In this document: positions 49,250 through 58,726 of the stretch, one piece after another
How positions within the stretch are numbered: the stretch's first letter is position 1
How the letters are laid out: every line of letters starts with the position of its first letter
Source: Parcubacteria group bacterium
GTDB taxonomy: Bacteria > Patescibacteriota > Minisyncoccia > Moranbacterales > JAKLHP01
Assembly: GCA_041657845.1 (NCBI GenBank)
Contig: JBBABD010000001.1
Coordinates: forward strand, 14,255-78,254
Direction of reading: 5' to 3'
DNA: 64,000 nucleotides
Notes under the pieces: generated by a model
Databases searched by the model: none
What the model was told of the DNA's origin: nothing
The model's input: only the letters and a program-made list of their open reading frames with translations
Made by a program: the position numbers and the translations under genes

Positions 49250-50349
49250 TGGTTTAACAAAAAAATTTTATAATTTTCTTTTATTATATGCAAATCGTAT
49301 TTGTTGATCACTTTTCGAAAAGCATCATTTTTGAAATTATTTGCTTCATTCAAATTATTCATGCAACCATTGATTTTTTCTGCTAAATCTACTAGGTTTC
49401 CTGCTTCAAAATTAAGTCCTTCTTTCTCATTTTCAATTAGTTCTTTATTTTCTTCAATATCGCTTGTGATTATAAGCTTTTTCGATGCCATGGCTTCCAA
49501 GAGCGCGTTGCTCATGCCTTCATTCAATGACGGCAAGACAAAAATATCCATAATCTGGAGCAATTCAGGAACATCAGTTCTTTTTTCCAGAAAAAAAACT
49601 TCTTTTTCTATCCCAATCTCTTTTGCGAAATTCTTAATATTTTCTTTTTCGCTCCCGTGTCCGACAAGCAGCAAGACCGCATTACCATGCTTTTCTTTCA
49701 CCAGCTTGAATGCCTTGGCTAGCGTTGGAATATCCTTTTGCTTTTCCATCCTTGCTACGCATCCGATAACCAAGCTATTTTCCGGAATTCCGATTTCTTT
49801 CTTCTTCTCAGCTACATCTACATTTAAATTTTCAAATCGGGAGAGATTAATGCCATTGGGAATGCACATAGTCTTTTCTTTCTTAAATCCCATCTTCTCG
49901 ATATAATATTTTCTTGAAGCTTCGGAATTTGTCAGTACAAAATCAGCCAGAAACAAAGTGATCTTATCCAAAAACAGCAGAAATTTTTTACCCTTATGGA
50001 TATTGCGGATATAAGGAACAATTTTTTTGACTCCGAATATTTTCCCGAATATCCTTCCGAATATATCGGCATGAATTAGATAATTCACCTGTACATCAGG
50101 ATTAAAATCCTTTAGCACTTTATTATACCGGAAAATCATCCCAAAATCAAAAATGCTTTTTAAATCCAAATAATAAACAGGAATGCCCAAATTCTCCAAC
50201 TTTTTCCCTATCTCCCCCCTTCCCTTTATCACGCAAATTCTATTATCTAATTCTTCCTGCATCTCAGGCAAAAGCTGAAGGAGCATATTTTCCGCTCCCC
50301 CGCCTAATTCCAACCCAGTAATTAAATGCAAAATTTTCTTTTTCATCAT
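49246..50349 (-). CDS. GT4 glycosyltransferase
   Basis: GGAE, IPNGI, ARMEKQK, EGMSNALLEAMA. Confidence 0.93.
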   Translation of the reverse strand: MMKKKILHLITGLELGGGAENMLLQLLPEMQEELDNRICVIKGRGEIGKKLENLGIPVYYLDLKSIFDFGMIFRYNKVLKDFNPDVQVNYLIHADIFGRIFGKIFGVKKIVPYIRNIHKGKKFLLFLDKITLFLADFVLTNSEASRKYYIEKMGFKKEKTMCIPNGINLSRFENLNVDVAEKKKEIGIPENSLVIGCVARMEKQKDIPTLAKAFKLVKEKHGNAVLLLVGHGSEKENIKNFAKEIGIEKEVFFLEKRTDVPELLQIMDIFVLPSLNEGMSNALLEAMASKKLIITSDIEENKELIENEKEGLNFEAGNLVDLAEKINGCMNNLNEANNFKNDAFRKVINKYDLHIIKENYKIFLLNQ

Positions 50350-52104
50350 TTAGTTTCCATTAACCATACACTTCCATATCTTGACATTGCTGGTGTCATA
50401 AACTTTCTGAAAATATTTTGGATTATCATCTAAAACTGAAAAACTGTCCAAAGGAATGCTCTCTGAATATCCCGAAGTGCCTATTCTTTCAAGATAGGGA
50501 TTTTTTTCATCATTTTTTGCATAATAAATATAAGCGGTGTTTTTATTTGACAAATTCGGATTAACACTTAAATCGGAAAGAAGCTTCCCCGATTTGCTTC
50601 TCATTTGCTTAACGCTATCAAGCAATTTCATGCGGTCAAAATTATTTTCGAACATATCTTGAAGTTTCGTAAAGTTTAATCCAATATCTAAAATCTCTTT
50701 TTTCAAATCATCATCACTCACCGATACTGTTTCTTTGAGATTAATGATTTTAACTAATGAAGAAAGATCTCTTTGACTTAATAAATCTTTTTTAATATTA
50801 ATAACCGGAGTATTCGAATGATATTGTAAAACACTTCGCCATCCATAGTAGAAAATAACCCTATTTGGTTCCAAGTTGTTTTTTATCCATTCGAAAGAAT
50901 CCATTTCATACCGAGGAACTATATACTTAAAGCTATTGTTTACATATGTTGCGCCGAATGCGGAAATTAAAAATCCAAAAATAAAAGTTACAAATATAAT
51001 ATTTTTTTTAAACGGTGAACTGTTCTTTTCGACCATATAAAGCAACTCGAATAACAGGAATGCTAGCATAATACCTAAAAATATCCATGCTCTGTCCGGC
51101 AAATAGGCAATGTTCCCAAATCTTGGAAGAAATTCGGCGATAAACAAGAAAAAAGCAATGAACAAATATATCGGCAAAAAGTACACGTTGCTCAAATTAT
51201 TTTCAAAGAAGGCTCTTTTGTTCTTTGAAACAAAAAACAAATATAGGCATAGCAAAATTAGAATTCCCAAAAACGGTCCCGCATAGAAAGCATAGAATTT
51301 CAAAACTCCCAACAAACTCACCCACCCCATTTGATTGCCGTCAACATTAATGTAATGGGCTGGAAATCTAAGATTAATTGAAAATTGCAAAAATATTTTA
51401 TGAAATATTTCTAAAATAGCCCTAGAGATAGAGAATGTCATTGATTTAATTTGCAATTTATCCAACCATGGATATAAAAGCAAAAACACTATGACAATTC
51501 TAAGTTTATTTCTAAAAATAATTTTTCTGTATGTATAGGCCGCCGCGATAACCCACAAAGCTAGAAAAAGCACAAAAATTTTGTGAAAAAGGGAACTTAC
51601 GGCTGTTATGGGTATAAAAAACCCATAAAGCCAGTTATAGTTTCTCTTGCTAGATGCCATCGCCGAAAGTCCAAGCATAAAATATAAATACAACATCGCC
51701 ATAACTTGCGGTCTAGTTCCTTCAAATTGGATAATTACAGTTGGTGATACCGCTGCCGACAAAAGAACGAGGGTCTGGAATTTTTTTTCGGTAAGTTTTC
51801 TCGCGACCAGCCACAAAGGGAAAAGAGCAGTCATGGAAAAAATCGGAAAGATATATTTGAACAAACCATACATATCAAGATCCGTCAAATAATGAAGGGA
51901 TGAGATAAGGGAAGAAAATAATTGCCGATAGAAATACAGTGAGTCAGGCTGGGCATTGGAATATTTGAGAATCCATCCATAACTGTCTTTGTCAGCTATA
52001 AAATCATATTTGGTAATATTAAAAGCATGAAGAGATAAAATTACTATCTCAGCAATAAACAAAGGATGAAAAATTATTTTCTTAGCTTTTTTTATTAGAT
52101 CCAT
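50350..52104 (-). CDS. Multi-pass membrane protein, probable GT-C-like
   Basis: Many TMs, DKD loop, RPQ, FH, DR motifs, soluble C-terminus. Confidence 0.65.
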   Translation of the reverse strand: MDLIKKAKKIIFHPLFIAEIVILSLHAFNITKYDFIADKDSYGWILKYSNAQPDSLYFYRQLFSSLISSLHYLTDLDMYGLFKYIFPIFSMTALFPLWLVARKLTEKKFQTLVLLSAAVSPTVIIQFEGTRPQVMAMLYLYFMLGLSAMASSKRNYNWLYGFFIPITAVSSLFHKIFVLFLALWVIAAAYTYRKIIFRNKLRIVIVFLLLYPWLDKLQIKSMTFSISRAILEIFHKIFLQFSINLRFPAHYINVDGNQMGWVSLLGVLKFYAFYAGPFLGILILLCLYLFFVSKNKRAFFENNLSNVYFLPIYLFIAFFLFIAEFLPRFGNIAYLPDRAWIFLGIMLAFLLFELLYMVEKNSSPFKKNIIFVTFIFGFLISAFGATYVNNSFKYIVPRYEMDSFEWIKNNLEPNRVIFYYGWRSVLQYHSNTPVINIKKDLLSQRDLSSLVKIINLKETVSVSDDDLKKEILDIGLNFTKLQDMFENNFDRMKLLDSVKQMRSKSGKLLSDLSVNPNLSNKNTAYIYYAKNDEKNPYLERIGTSGYSESIPLDSFSVLDDNPKYFQKVYDTSNVKIWKCMVNGN

Positions 52105-52498
52105 TTTTTTCTAAAATACATACAAACAATAACGAAACCGTAGAAGTCACTAAATACAATAAAATAATAGATATTTCCGAAATAAATCCACTTATGCTGT
52201 AAAAAACAAAAACTATTGGAGGCATAAAAAACAATGAAGCGAATATCCCGACAGTCAGAAGCTCCCAGAGATCTAAATAAAATCTGGAAATTTTTTCAAG
52301 AACTAAAGCCATATTGATTCCTGCAACAAAAAAAACTGTCAGTCCCGTAACGATCCTGAAACTAGAAAATAATCCCAAATCAACTTTCGAACTCACAAAA
52401 TAAGCAAGAAAATAGAACAGAAATATGTAAATATTTAATTTAAGCAATTTTTTTGTAGGCATTGTCTGTTTTCTATTATTTTTAACTTGCAGAATCAT
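52082..52498 (-). CDS. Four-TM hypothetical protein, possibly the N-terminal part of 50350-52104
   Basis: Hydrophobic ORF overlapping the next gene by 23 bp. Confidence 0.6.
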   Translation of the reverse strand: MILQVKNNRKQTMPTKKLLKLNIYIFLFYFLAYFVSSKVDLGLFSSFRIVTGLTVFFVAGINMALVLEKISRFYLDLWELLTVGIFASLFFMPPIVFVFYSISGFISEISIILLYLVTSTVSLLFVCILEKNGSNKKS

Positions 52499-52777
52499 TT
52501 TTTATTCAGCTCGTACAACATATTTTATATCATAACTTTAATTTCATACTATTTCAATCCAGTCCAATTTTCAAATAGAGCATACTTTTATAATACTCCC
52601 AATACCGCTCCGCACCATAAGCACTTAAGTTTTATAAAATTATTTCTATACGACTATTCCTCAAAACTCTCCAGATATTCCGGAAACTTCAAAATTTGAT
52701 ATTTTTATTTGCCAGCATATTAAATAATTTTAAATTCCAAATTCTAAAAGATTATACCTGTACCGAACTATTGTAGC

Positions 52778-53257
52778 TTATTTCTTTATTATTTTCCAGT
52801 ATCCGCCCTTGTCGGAACCGACTCTTTCGAGCAATTCTTTTTCCTTAAGTTCAGTTATATTATTTCTTACATTTTTTTCATTAATACCTATCTTTAGACT
52901 TAATTCTCTTTGTGTGATGGCTTTATTTTTATTTATTTCAGAGAGTATCTTTTTCTGGTTTTCTGAGAGCCCCAAGTTTTCTAGGTCTTTTTCTAGGTCT
53001 TTTGTTTCTCTTTTTTTGAAAGAAACAACAAAAGCGCCCGTTTTTTCTGAAAAATCAGGCAGCTTGTTCCCATTTTTTTCACACTCTTCAATCGTATTTT
53101 TTCCAACCTGAATTTCATTCGTAGTACCATCATCTTTCATTCCAACGATAACCTTACCGCCTTTTTTATTAGCAAAGGCGCAAAGAGCAATTATCGCTTC
53201 TTTCCACTCGGAAAAAGATGATTTCAATTCAATTTTTTCAGATTCTTTCAATTTCAT
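52778..53257 (-). pseudogene. AlbA_2/Schlafen-like N-terminus fused directly to a winged HTH; probable internal deletion
   Basis: ESEKIELK, CAFANKKGG.VIVG..DDG, then LSENQKKIL...ITQRELS...RVGSDKGGYW. Confidence 0.65.
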
Positions 53258-53276
53258 ATAAATTTTTTGATTTTCG

Positions 53277-53321
53277 AAATTAATTTTCAAAACTATCCAA
53301 ATATTCCGGAAGTTTCAGAAT
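53277..53321. repeat. 45-bp exact direct repeat (second copy 54970-55014; diverged copy 52655-52695)
   Basis: AAATTAATTTTCAAAACTATCCAAATATTCCGGAAGTTTCAGAAT present twice. Confidence 0.9.
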
Positions 53322-53480
53322 CCATTTTGCCTGCTCGGGATAGAAAAGAAATCTTTCCACATCTTTCACTGCCTGTTTCAAATCGCTTTTTTCGGCTTGT
53401 TTTTTCAAAAATAAACATATATTCATTCTATCAAATAAACACTCTTTAACACTTAACTATATATGATCTATGATATAATT

Positions 53481-53544
53481 TCCCACCATTCCACCGTATT
53501 CTTTGATCCTTCTTCAAAATTAACTTCCGACTCGTAGCCAATCC
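53481..53544 (-). repeat. Diverged copy of the 3' end of the epimerase gene
   Basis: Translates GYESEVNFEEGSKNTVEWW versus GYEPKINFEEGLKRTVEWW. Confidence 0.85.
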
Positions 53545-53547
53545 ATT

Positions 53548-54243
53548 TTATTTTTCGTTTTCCCTCATTATTTTCAGAAGAAAAAGCGTATCCGTCCGGA
53601 GTTTTGCCCGAGCCCAGTCTTTTTTTGGTTCGGAAAGCATTTCACCGAGGCCATCAAGAATATGACGATTATCCATTTTCTCCAACAACTCAATGCATCT
53701 TGTCAAAATTTCCTTATATGAAACTTTAGCTCGATCTTCAACTAATTTCTTATTTATCGGCCAAATATTTTTTGCAAAAAAATACACATCATAAACATCC
53801 CGACTAGTCTTGCCAATTCGCTCATACATTGCCATCAGCTTATTGGCAAACATATCTTCCTTGACCATTATTAGCATTGGGATGCCAAGAAGTGTTTCCG
53901 GTTCGTATTTTGATCCAAAATCACGACAGTTTACCTCGATTTTGATGTTTTGAGATTTCTGATCATATGAAATAACTGTAATAAGATTAAACCGCTTAAT
54001 TCTTGAATCAATTACCTTGCCATAACCAGCAACTATTTTTTGAATCTTTTCAAACACTTCCTGCTTCTTGCTTTCGTCCAGCAAATCTAAATCAATATCA
54101 ACAGAATCGCGATCCAATCCGTAAAACATCAAAGCAGCCGTACCGCCCTTAAATCCCAAAAATGGAGCTATTGATGTGTCAGAAAAAATATCTTTCAAAA
54201 TTTGCAACAAGATATTTTTATGTTTTGGATAATTGATGGTCAT
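53548..54243 (-). CDS. AbiEii/AbiGii-type nucleotidyltransferase toxin
   Basis: FKGGTA, RDSVDIDLD, KIEV, ANKL.A..R...RDVYD. Confidence 0.92.
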   Translation of the reverse strand: MTINYPKHKNILLQILKDIFSDTSIAPFLGFKGGTAALMFYGLDRDSVDIDLDLLDESKKQEVFEKIQKIVAGYGKVIDSRIKRFNLITVISYDQKSQNIKIEVNCRDFGSKYEPETLLGIPMLIMVKEDMFANKLMAMYERIGKTSRDVYDVYFFAKNIWPINKKLVEDRAKVSYKEILTRCIELLEKMDNRHILDGLGEMLSEPKKDWARAKLRTDTLFLLKIMRENEK

Positions 54244-54854
54244 TTTGCTTGGTTATTTGATTTATTTTCTTCATAGTGTTCAAAATATTCCTGAACTTTT
54301 TTGTTCATTCTTTTATTGCTATAGATTGGCAAAATTTCAAAAACTTTATCCCAATCCAAAACATCCAAATGATCGAAATGATAATCCTTACTAACATATA
54401 TTCTGTCCAAAAACGCGCGCTCTTTTGTCGCGGTAGCCACATTGCCCTGTTGCTCAATCCCGCTCGTGCTACTCAAAACATAATCTTTCATTTTGACAAA
54501 ATTTATTTTTTGTCCATCAATTTCAATCTCTCTGGTAATATAGGAAGCCACAAAGATGTTTCCATAATATTGGAAATTAATTCCTGCTCGAGTTAATATG
54601 GTTTCAAAACTGATATACGCGGGGGTATAAATCCGCGTTGCCAATTCATGACGATCATAATTAGTATCTTTGGCATAAATACCGTGGCGAACCCTGATTA
54701 ATTTTCCTCTTTTAATGTAATCACTCAATCTTACGCGAACCGCGCTTCCTACCTTTTCACCCCATAACAAAGCAACATCTTTTGTGGAAAAGATGGTTTT
54801 TTGAGATCGTAATATAGTCTCAATATATTCACCCTTTGCAGGTTTTTTATCCAT
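54240..54854 (-). CDS. AbiEi-type antitoxin / transcriptional regulator
   Basis: wHTH LIRVRHGIY, PAYISFET, AT.ERAFLD; ATGA coupling to AbiEii. Confidence 0.88.
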   Translation of the reverse strand: MDKKPAKGEYIETILRSQKTIFSTKDVALLWGEKVGSAVRVRLSDYIKRGKLIRVRHGIYAKDTNYDRHELATRIYTPAYISFETILTRAGINFQYYGNIFVASYITREIEIDGQKINFVKMKDYVLSSTSGIEQQGNVATATKERAFLDRIYVSKDYHFDHLDVLDWDKVFEILPIYSNKRMNKKVQEYFEHYEENKSNNQAK

Positions 54855-54860
54855 ATTATT

Positions 54861-54922
54861 ACTGATAGTTAGCTTTAAGCTTACTATCAGTTCTATTATA
54901 CTAAAAAATGCACTCTTGTCAA
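54861..54922 (-). promoter_or_regulatory. abiE promoter with palindromic operator
   Basis: TTGACA-16-TATAAT (54922-54895); 31-bp near-perfect palindrome at 54861-54891. Confidence 0.75.
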
Positions 54923-54933
54923 ATTATATTCCC

Positions 54934-54981
54934 TTCCGCCATTCCACCGTCTTTTTCATCCCTCCTTCAAAATTAATTTTC
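54934..54981 (-). repeat. Diverged copy of the 3' end of the epimerase gene
   Basis: 41/48 nt identical by hand alignment to 56310-56357; translates KINFEGGMKKTVEWRK. Confidence 0.85.
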
Positions 54982-55180
54982 AAAACTATCCAAATATTCC
55001 GGAAGTTTCAGAATTAGTCCGGATATTCACATTGAAATTCAGTCAAAAGTTCCTTAAATTATTCCAAAAGAATATTAATAAAAATTATCCGCCGTTATTG
55101 ATTTTGACCTTTACTCACACAAATATATTACTTTTTTAGCATTGAATGCATAAAAAGATATATCCAATTATACATACCGA

Positions 55181-56212
55181 TCATTTTTTCAACTTATAAT
55201 AAGTCGCTTTTCCTCTGCCCATTTTCTCAATGATACCCAATCCTATCAATTTCCTAAAATCAAGATTTCTTGTCGGTTTGGCTCTATCGGTCAATTTTGC
55301 ATAATCACGATCACTGATATACTCATTCTCTTCTATGAAATTAATAATCTTTCTATGATGATCTCTCAGGTCTTTTTCCAAAGGAACAGCCTCTTGTTTC
55401 ATCTCTTTACTCACCCTAAGCAATTCATCAATAATTCCATCCGTAAAATACTCGAGCCAGGAAGTGAAGTCGATTTGATCTTTGATTTCATAATAATTTC
55501 CAAACAAACCAACTTCTTGAAAATATTTACTGACATTTTTGTTATAATAATTTTCAAAACTGAAAAGATTGAAAGTATTAAGTCCCATCTTCGCTAAAAG
55601 CACCTTAGTTGTCAAACGAGCTGTTCTTCCATTGCCATCAATAAAAGGATGGATGATGACAAATTGTTTGTGAAAAATTCCAGCCAAAATCAAGGGATCA
55701 ACTGTGTTTTTGTTTTTTTCGATATAATCAAGCAATTCTTGCATTAATTTTGATACTTCCTTATGTTCAGGAGGAAGATAAGCAGTCTGGCGAGTTTTTG
55801 GATTATTAACAAAAACCGGCTCTTGTCTCAATTTTCCAGAGCGATATTTCTCAATCAAGCCTTGCGTTATTGTTTCCTGAATTTTCAAAATTAATGGCAA
55901 ATCAAAAACTCGTTTTTTATTTTTAATTGAATCATTCAATTCAACCAATGCCTTATTATAATTCAAAACTTCTTTTTCGCTATCGCGAATATGTTCCGGC
56001 CTAGTTTTCAAAATTCTTTTGACATCGGTCAGTGGCAATGGATTGCCTTCAATGCTCGTTGAAGAAAAAGCTGAAACCTCTCTAGCTCTTTTTTCAAGCT
56101 CCGCCAAAACTAGCCCCGAAAAATTCCGACTGTTTAAATCGACAATAATTTCAGTTATTCTCTTAATATTGCCTAATAATAGATTGGAAATGGTATATTT
56201 TGGATTAAACAT
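55181..56212 (-). CDS. Fic family protein with C-terminal HTH
   Basis: STSIEGN inhibitory-type motif, HPFIDGNGRTAR, C-terminal GRGKATYY. Confidence 0.94.
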   Translation of the reverse strand: MFNPKYTISNLLLGNIKRITEIIVDLNSRNFSGLVLAELEKRAREVSAFSSTSIEGNPLPLTDVKRILKTRPEHIRDSEKEVLNYNKALVELNDSIKNKKRVFDLPLILKIQETITQGLIEKYRSGKLRQEPVFVNNPKTRQTAYLPPEHKEVSKLMQELLDYIEKNKNTVDPLILAGIFHKQFVIIHPFIDGNGRTARLTTKVLLAKMGLNTFNLFSFENYYNKNVSKYFQEVGLFGNYYEIKDQIDFTSWLEYFTDGIIDELLRVSKEMKQEAVPLEKDLRDHHRKIINFIEENEYISDRDYAKLTDRAKPTRNLDFRKLIGLGIIEKMGRGKATYYKLKK

Positions 56213-56232
56213 ACTTTATTCAGATTATCTTA

Positions 56233-56270
56233 TATAGACGTATTATAGACGTATTATAGACGATTGTCAA
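56233..56270 (-). promoter_or_regulatory. Consensus promoter overlapped by three repeats at 11-bp period
   Basis: TTGACA-17-TATAAT on the minus strand; TATAGACG at 56233, 56244 and 56255. Confidence 0.78.
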
Positions 56271-56299
56271 ATGCTTAAAAAATCTTACCTACCTATTAA

Positions 56300-57244
56300 T
56301 TACAGCGTTTTCCACCACTCCACCGTCCTTTTGAGCCCTTCTTCAAAATTAATCTTCGGCTCGTATCCGAATCCTTTTTTGGCTTTCAAAACATCGGCGT
56401 GGGTATGACGAACATCGCCCAGCCTCGGTTTTCTTTTTTCCAGTTCAATTTTCTTTCCGGAATATTTTTCAATCAGTTTTTTCACCTCCAAAAGATTGGT
56501 CCTTTCTCCGTGGGCAATATTGAAAATTTCTCCCATAAATCTTTTTTTGGCTTGCATCGCCAGAATATTGGCATTCACCACGTTATCAATATAACAAAAA
56601 TCGCGAGATTGCTTTCCGTCTCCTTCCAGAAATAATTTTTTCTTTGCCGGCCGATAAAGTCCCGTCAGCCAAGCGGAAACCACAGTTGAATACGGAGAAT
56701 CTCCGTATTGCCCCGGACCGAAAACATTAAAATAGCGCAGGCACACTGTGTCCAAGCCATACAGTTCCCCGAACATTTCGCACATCAGCTCATCGGCATA
56801 TTTTTCCAGCGCATACGGCGATTTCGGATTAGCCGGATTTTCCTTTTCCTTGGTCGGAAGAATTTTCGCCCCGCCATAAATCGAAGAAGAGGAAGAATAA
56901 ATCACTCTTTTGATTTTGTAATCACGGCATTTCTCCAGAATCATCGCCGTTCCTCCGATATTATTTTGGACAGTCTTGGCTGGATTTTCCACGCTAAAGC
57001 TGACTCTTGGAATGTAGGCAAAATGAAAAACGTATTCAAATTTGTGCTTCTTAAAAATTTTGTCCAAAAATTTTCCATCGCACATCGAGCCTTCATAGAA
57101 AACTATGCTCTTCGATACCGCATCCCTTCTTCCCGTTGCAAAATTATCAATCCCCACAATTTCCGCTTTGGGAAATTTTTTTCGAAATTGCTGGGAAAAA
57201 TTACTGCCGATAAAGCCCGCACATCCCGTGATTAATACTCGCAT
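56300..57244 (-). CDS. NAD-dependent nucleotide-sugar epimerase/dehydratase
   Basis: TGCAGFIG, SSSS, PYALEK, LRYFNVFGPGQ, GDG.QSRDF. Confidence 0.95.
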   Translation of the reverse strand: MRVLITGCAGFIGSNFSQQFRKKFPKAEIVGIDNFATGRRDAVSKSIVFYEGSMCDGKFLDKIFKKHKFEYVFHFAYIPRVSFSVENPAKTVQNNIGGTAMILEKCRDYKIKRVIYSSSSSIYGGAKILPTKEKENPANPKSPYALEKYADELMCEMFGELYGLDTVCLRYFNVFGPGQYGDSPYSTVVSAWLTGLYRPAKKKLFLEGDGKQSRDFCYIDNVVNANILAMQAKKRFMGEIFNIAHGERTNLLEVKKLIEKYSGKKIELEKRKPRLGDVRHTHADVLKAKKGFGYEPKINFEEGLKRTVEWWKTL

Positions 57245-57292
57245 ATATTTGACAATCTTTTAAAATAATTACCCCTATAGTATACTAAACAT

Positions 57293-58726
57293 ATGACTTT
57301 TAGACAAATCCTTTTTTCGCTTAGAAAAAGCAAACTATTGCTGTTATTGCTGACTATTTTTTTTGTTAAGCAACTTTTTACGGTGGCTGTTTTTCCAATA
57401 TTTCAAGGACCGGACGAACCGATCCACTATTCCAGAGTCCAGCAATCCGCTAATCCCGTATTTCGCAGTTCAGAAAGCAATAACAAGCCTTCCGGCTCAA
57501 AATTTTCCGAAGAAATAAACAACACTTCCGCAATGACTGAGGCAGAAAGAATCTCTTTCGACTCATTTGAAACCCAATATTTCACCAATTCCCAGAACGG
57601 AAAATCCGAGGATGAAATAAAAAACAGCAACTGGAACAGGCTGGCAGAAAATCCATACACAACCGGCAACAAATTTATTAATTATTATTCTCTGAATTCC
57701 AGCATCGAAAAAATGTTTTCCGAACAAGACATTTTCTCAAGATTTTTCGCCATAAGGATTTTTTCCGCTATTTTAGGACTTTTGTCTGTTCTTTTCATAT
57801 TTTTGTCCGCCCGAAAAATTTTCGACGAAAAGATATCTTTTCTTTTTTCAATTATAATTGCTTTTCAACCGATGCTTTCCCAGACTTCCGCCGTTGTAAA
57901 CTACGACGTTCTTCTAACTCTGGCCTTTTCGATCTTTGCATATGGAGCAGTTTGGGCGTTGAAAGAAGGCCCTGATTGGAAAAATGTTTCAATTTTAATC
58001 TTATCGACAATTTTGGGGATAGCTACCAAAGCCCCCGGGATAGTTTTGGCTCTGGCAATATGCTGTCTGGCTGTTTATTCTGTAAAAAAACGTTTCAAGA
58101 TAAGAAACAATCTTTTTGCTATCGGAACAATTATCGCCATCCTGCTTGCTATTATAATTGTTATTGTGGTTTTACCTTCTAGCTACATTAATTCGCTTCT
58201 TTCGGTTAGTGAAAATTCCCATTTTAATTCCGTTTCCCAATCAATATTGGAATATATTTCGGAAACCAAAAATCGATGGAGCTGGTCGGAACTTTCCTAC
58301 TGGGGAAATTTCGGCTGGCTGGACGCCAGAATTCCCTCTTGGATTGTCGATGTTGCCCATTATGTCGAAATTGCCGGCATACTGGGAATTGTCGCCTATT
58401 TTGTTTTTCCCAAAAAAATTCCCGAATTCCTTCCTCGAAGAAAATTTGTGATATTTTTTATCGGTATTTTTTTGGCGCTTGAGTTTGCAATCCGCTTTGC
58501 CGACTGGCCGTATTACAATCGGAGCGGAAAAATTGGGCTGGGAACTCCCGGCAGATATTTTCTTCCCGTAATCGGAGCGCAGTTTGCGCTTGTAGCAATC
58601 GGCATTGGAATGTTGGCCAGAAAATATTCCATTTGGAAAAACATCCTGAAAGTTTTGGCGCTTAGTATGATCATTCTTTGGACTTATTCAATGTTGATTA
58701 TAATCATTCCCAGATACTATTTATGA
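57293..58726 (+). CDS. GT-C-like membrane protein (DUF2142/PMT-like)
   Basis: PIFQGPDEPIH, VNYD, ATK, WGNFGW, GRYFLP. Confidence 0.8.
   Translation: MTFRQILFSLRKSKLLLLLLTIFFVKQLFTVAVFPIFQGPDEPIHYSRVQQSANPVFRSSESNNKPSGSKFSEEINNTSAMTEAERISFDSFETQYFTNSQNGKSEDEIKNSNWNRLAENPYTTGNKFINYYSLNSSIEKMFSEQDIFSRFFAIRIFSAILGLLSVLFIFLSARKIFDEKISFLFSIIIAFQPMLSQTSAVVNYDVLLTLAFSIFAYGAVWALKEGPDWKNVSILILSTILGIATKAPGIVLALAICCLAVYSVKKRFKIRNNLFAIGTIIAILLAIIIVIVVLPSSYINSLLSVSENSHFNSVSQSILEYISETKNRWSWSELSYWGNFGWLDARIPSWIVDVAHYVEIAGILGIVAYFVFPKKIPEFLPRRKFVIFFIGIFLALEFAIRFADWPYYNRSGKIGLGTPGRYFLPVIGAQFALVAIGIGMLARKYSIWKNILKVLALSMIILWTYSMLIIIIPRYYL

Noticed and set aside
49301-49906. Long antisense or alternate-frame ORFs (49301-49906, 56708-57235, 59588-60217, 63519-63971 and others)
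   Set aside because: They shadow well-supported genes and have no recognisable motifs.
52978-53002. Short tandem repeat encoding KDLEKDLE
   Set aside because: Ordinary low-complexity linker before an HTH.
53258-53290. MKINFENQK start of ORF 52778-53290
   Set aside because: It derives from the duplicated gene-tail repeat, not from the AlbA domain.
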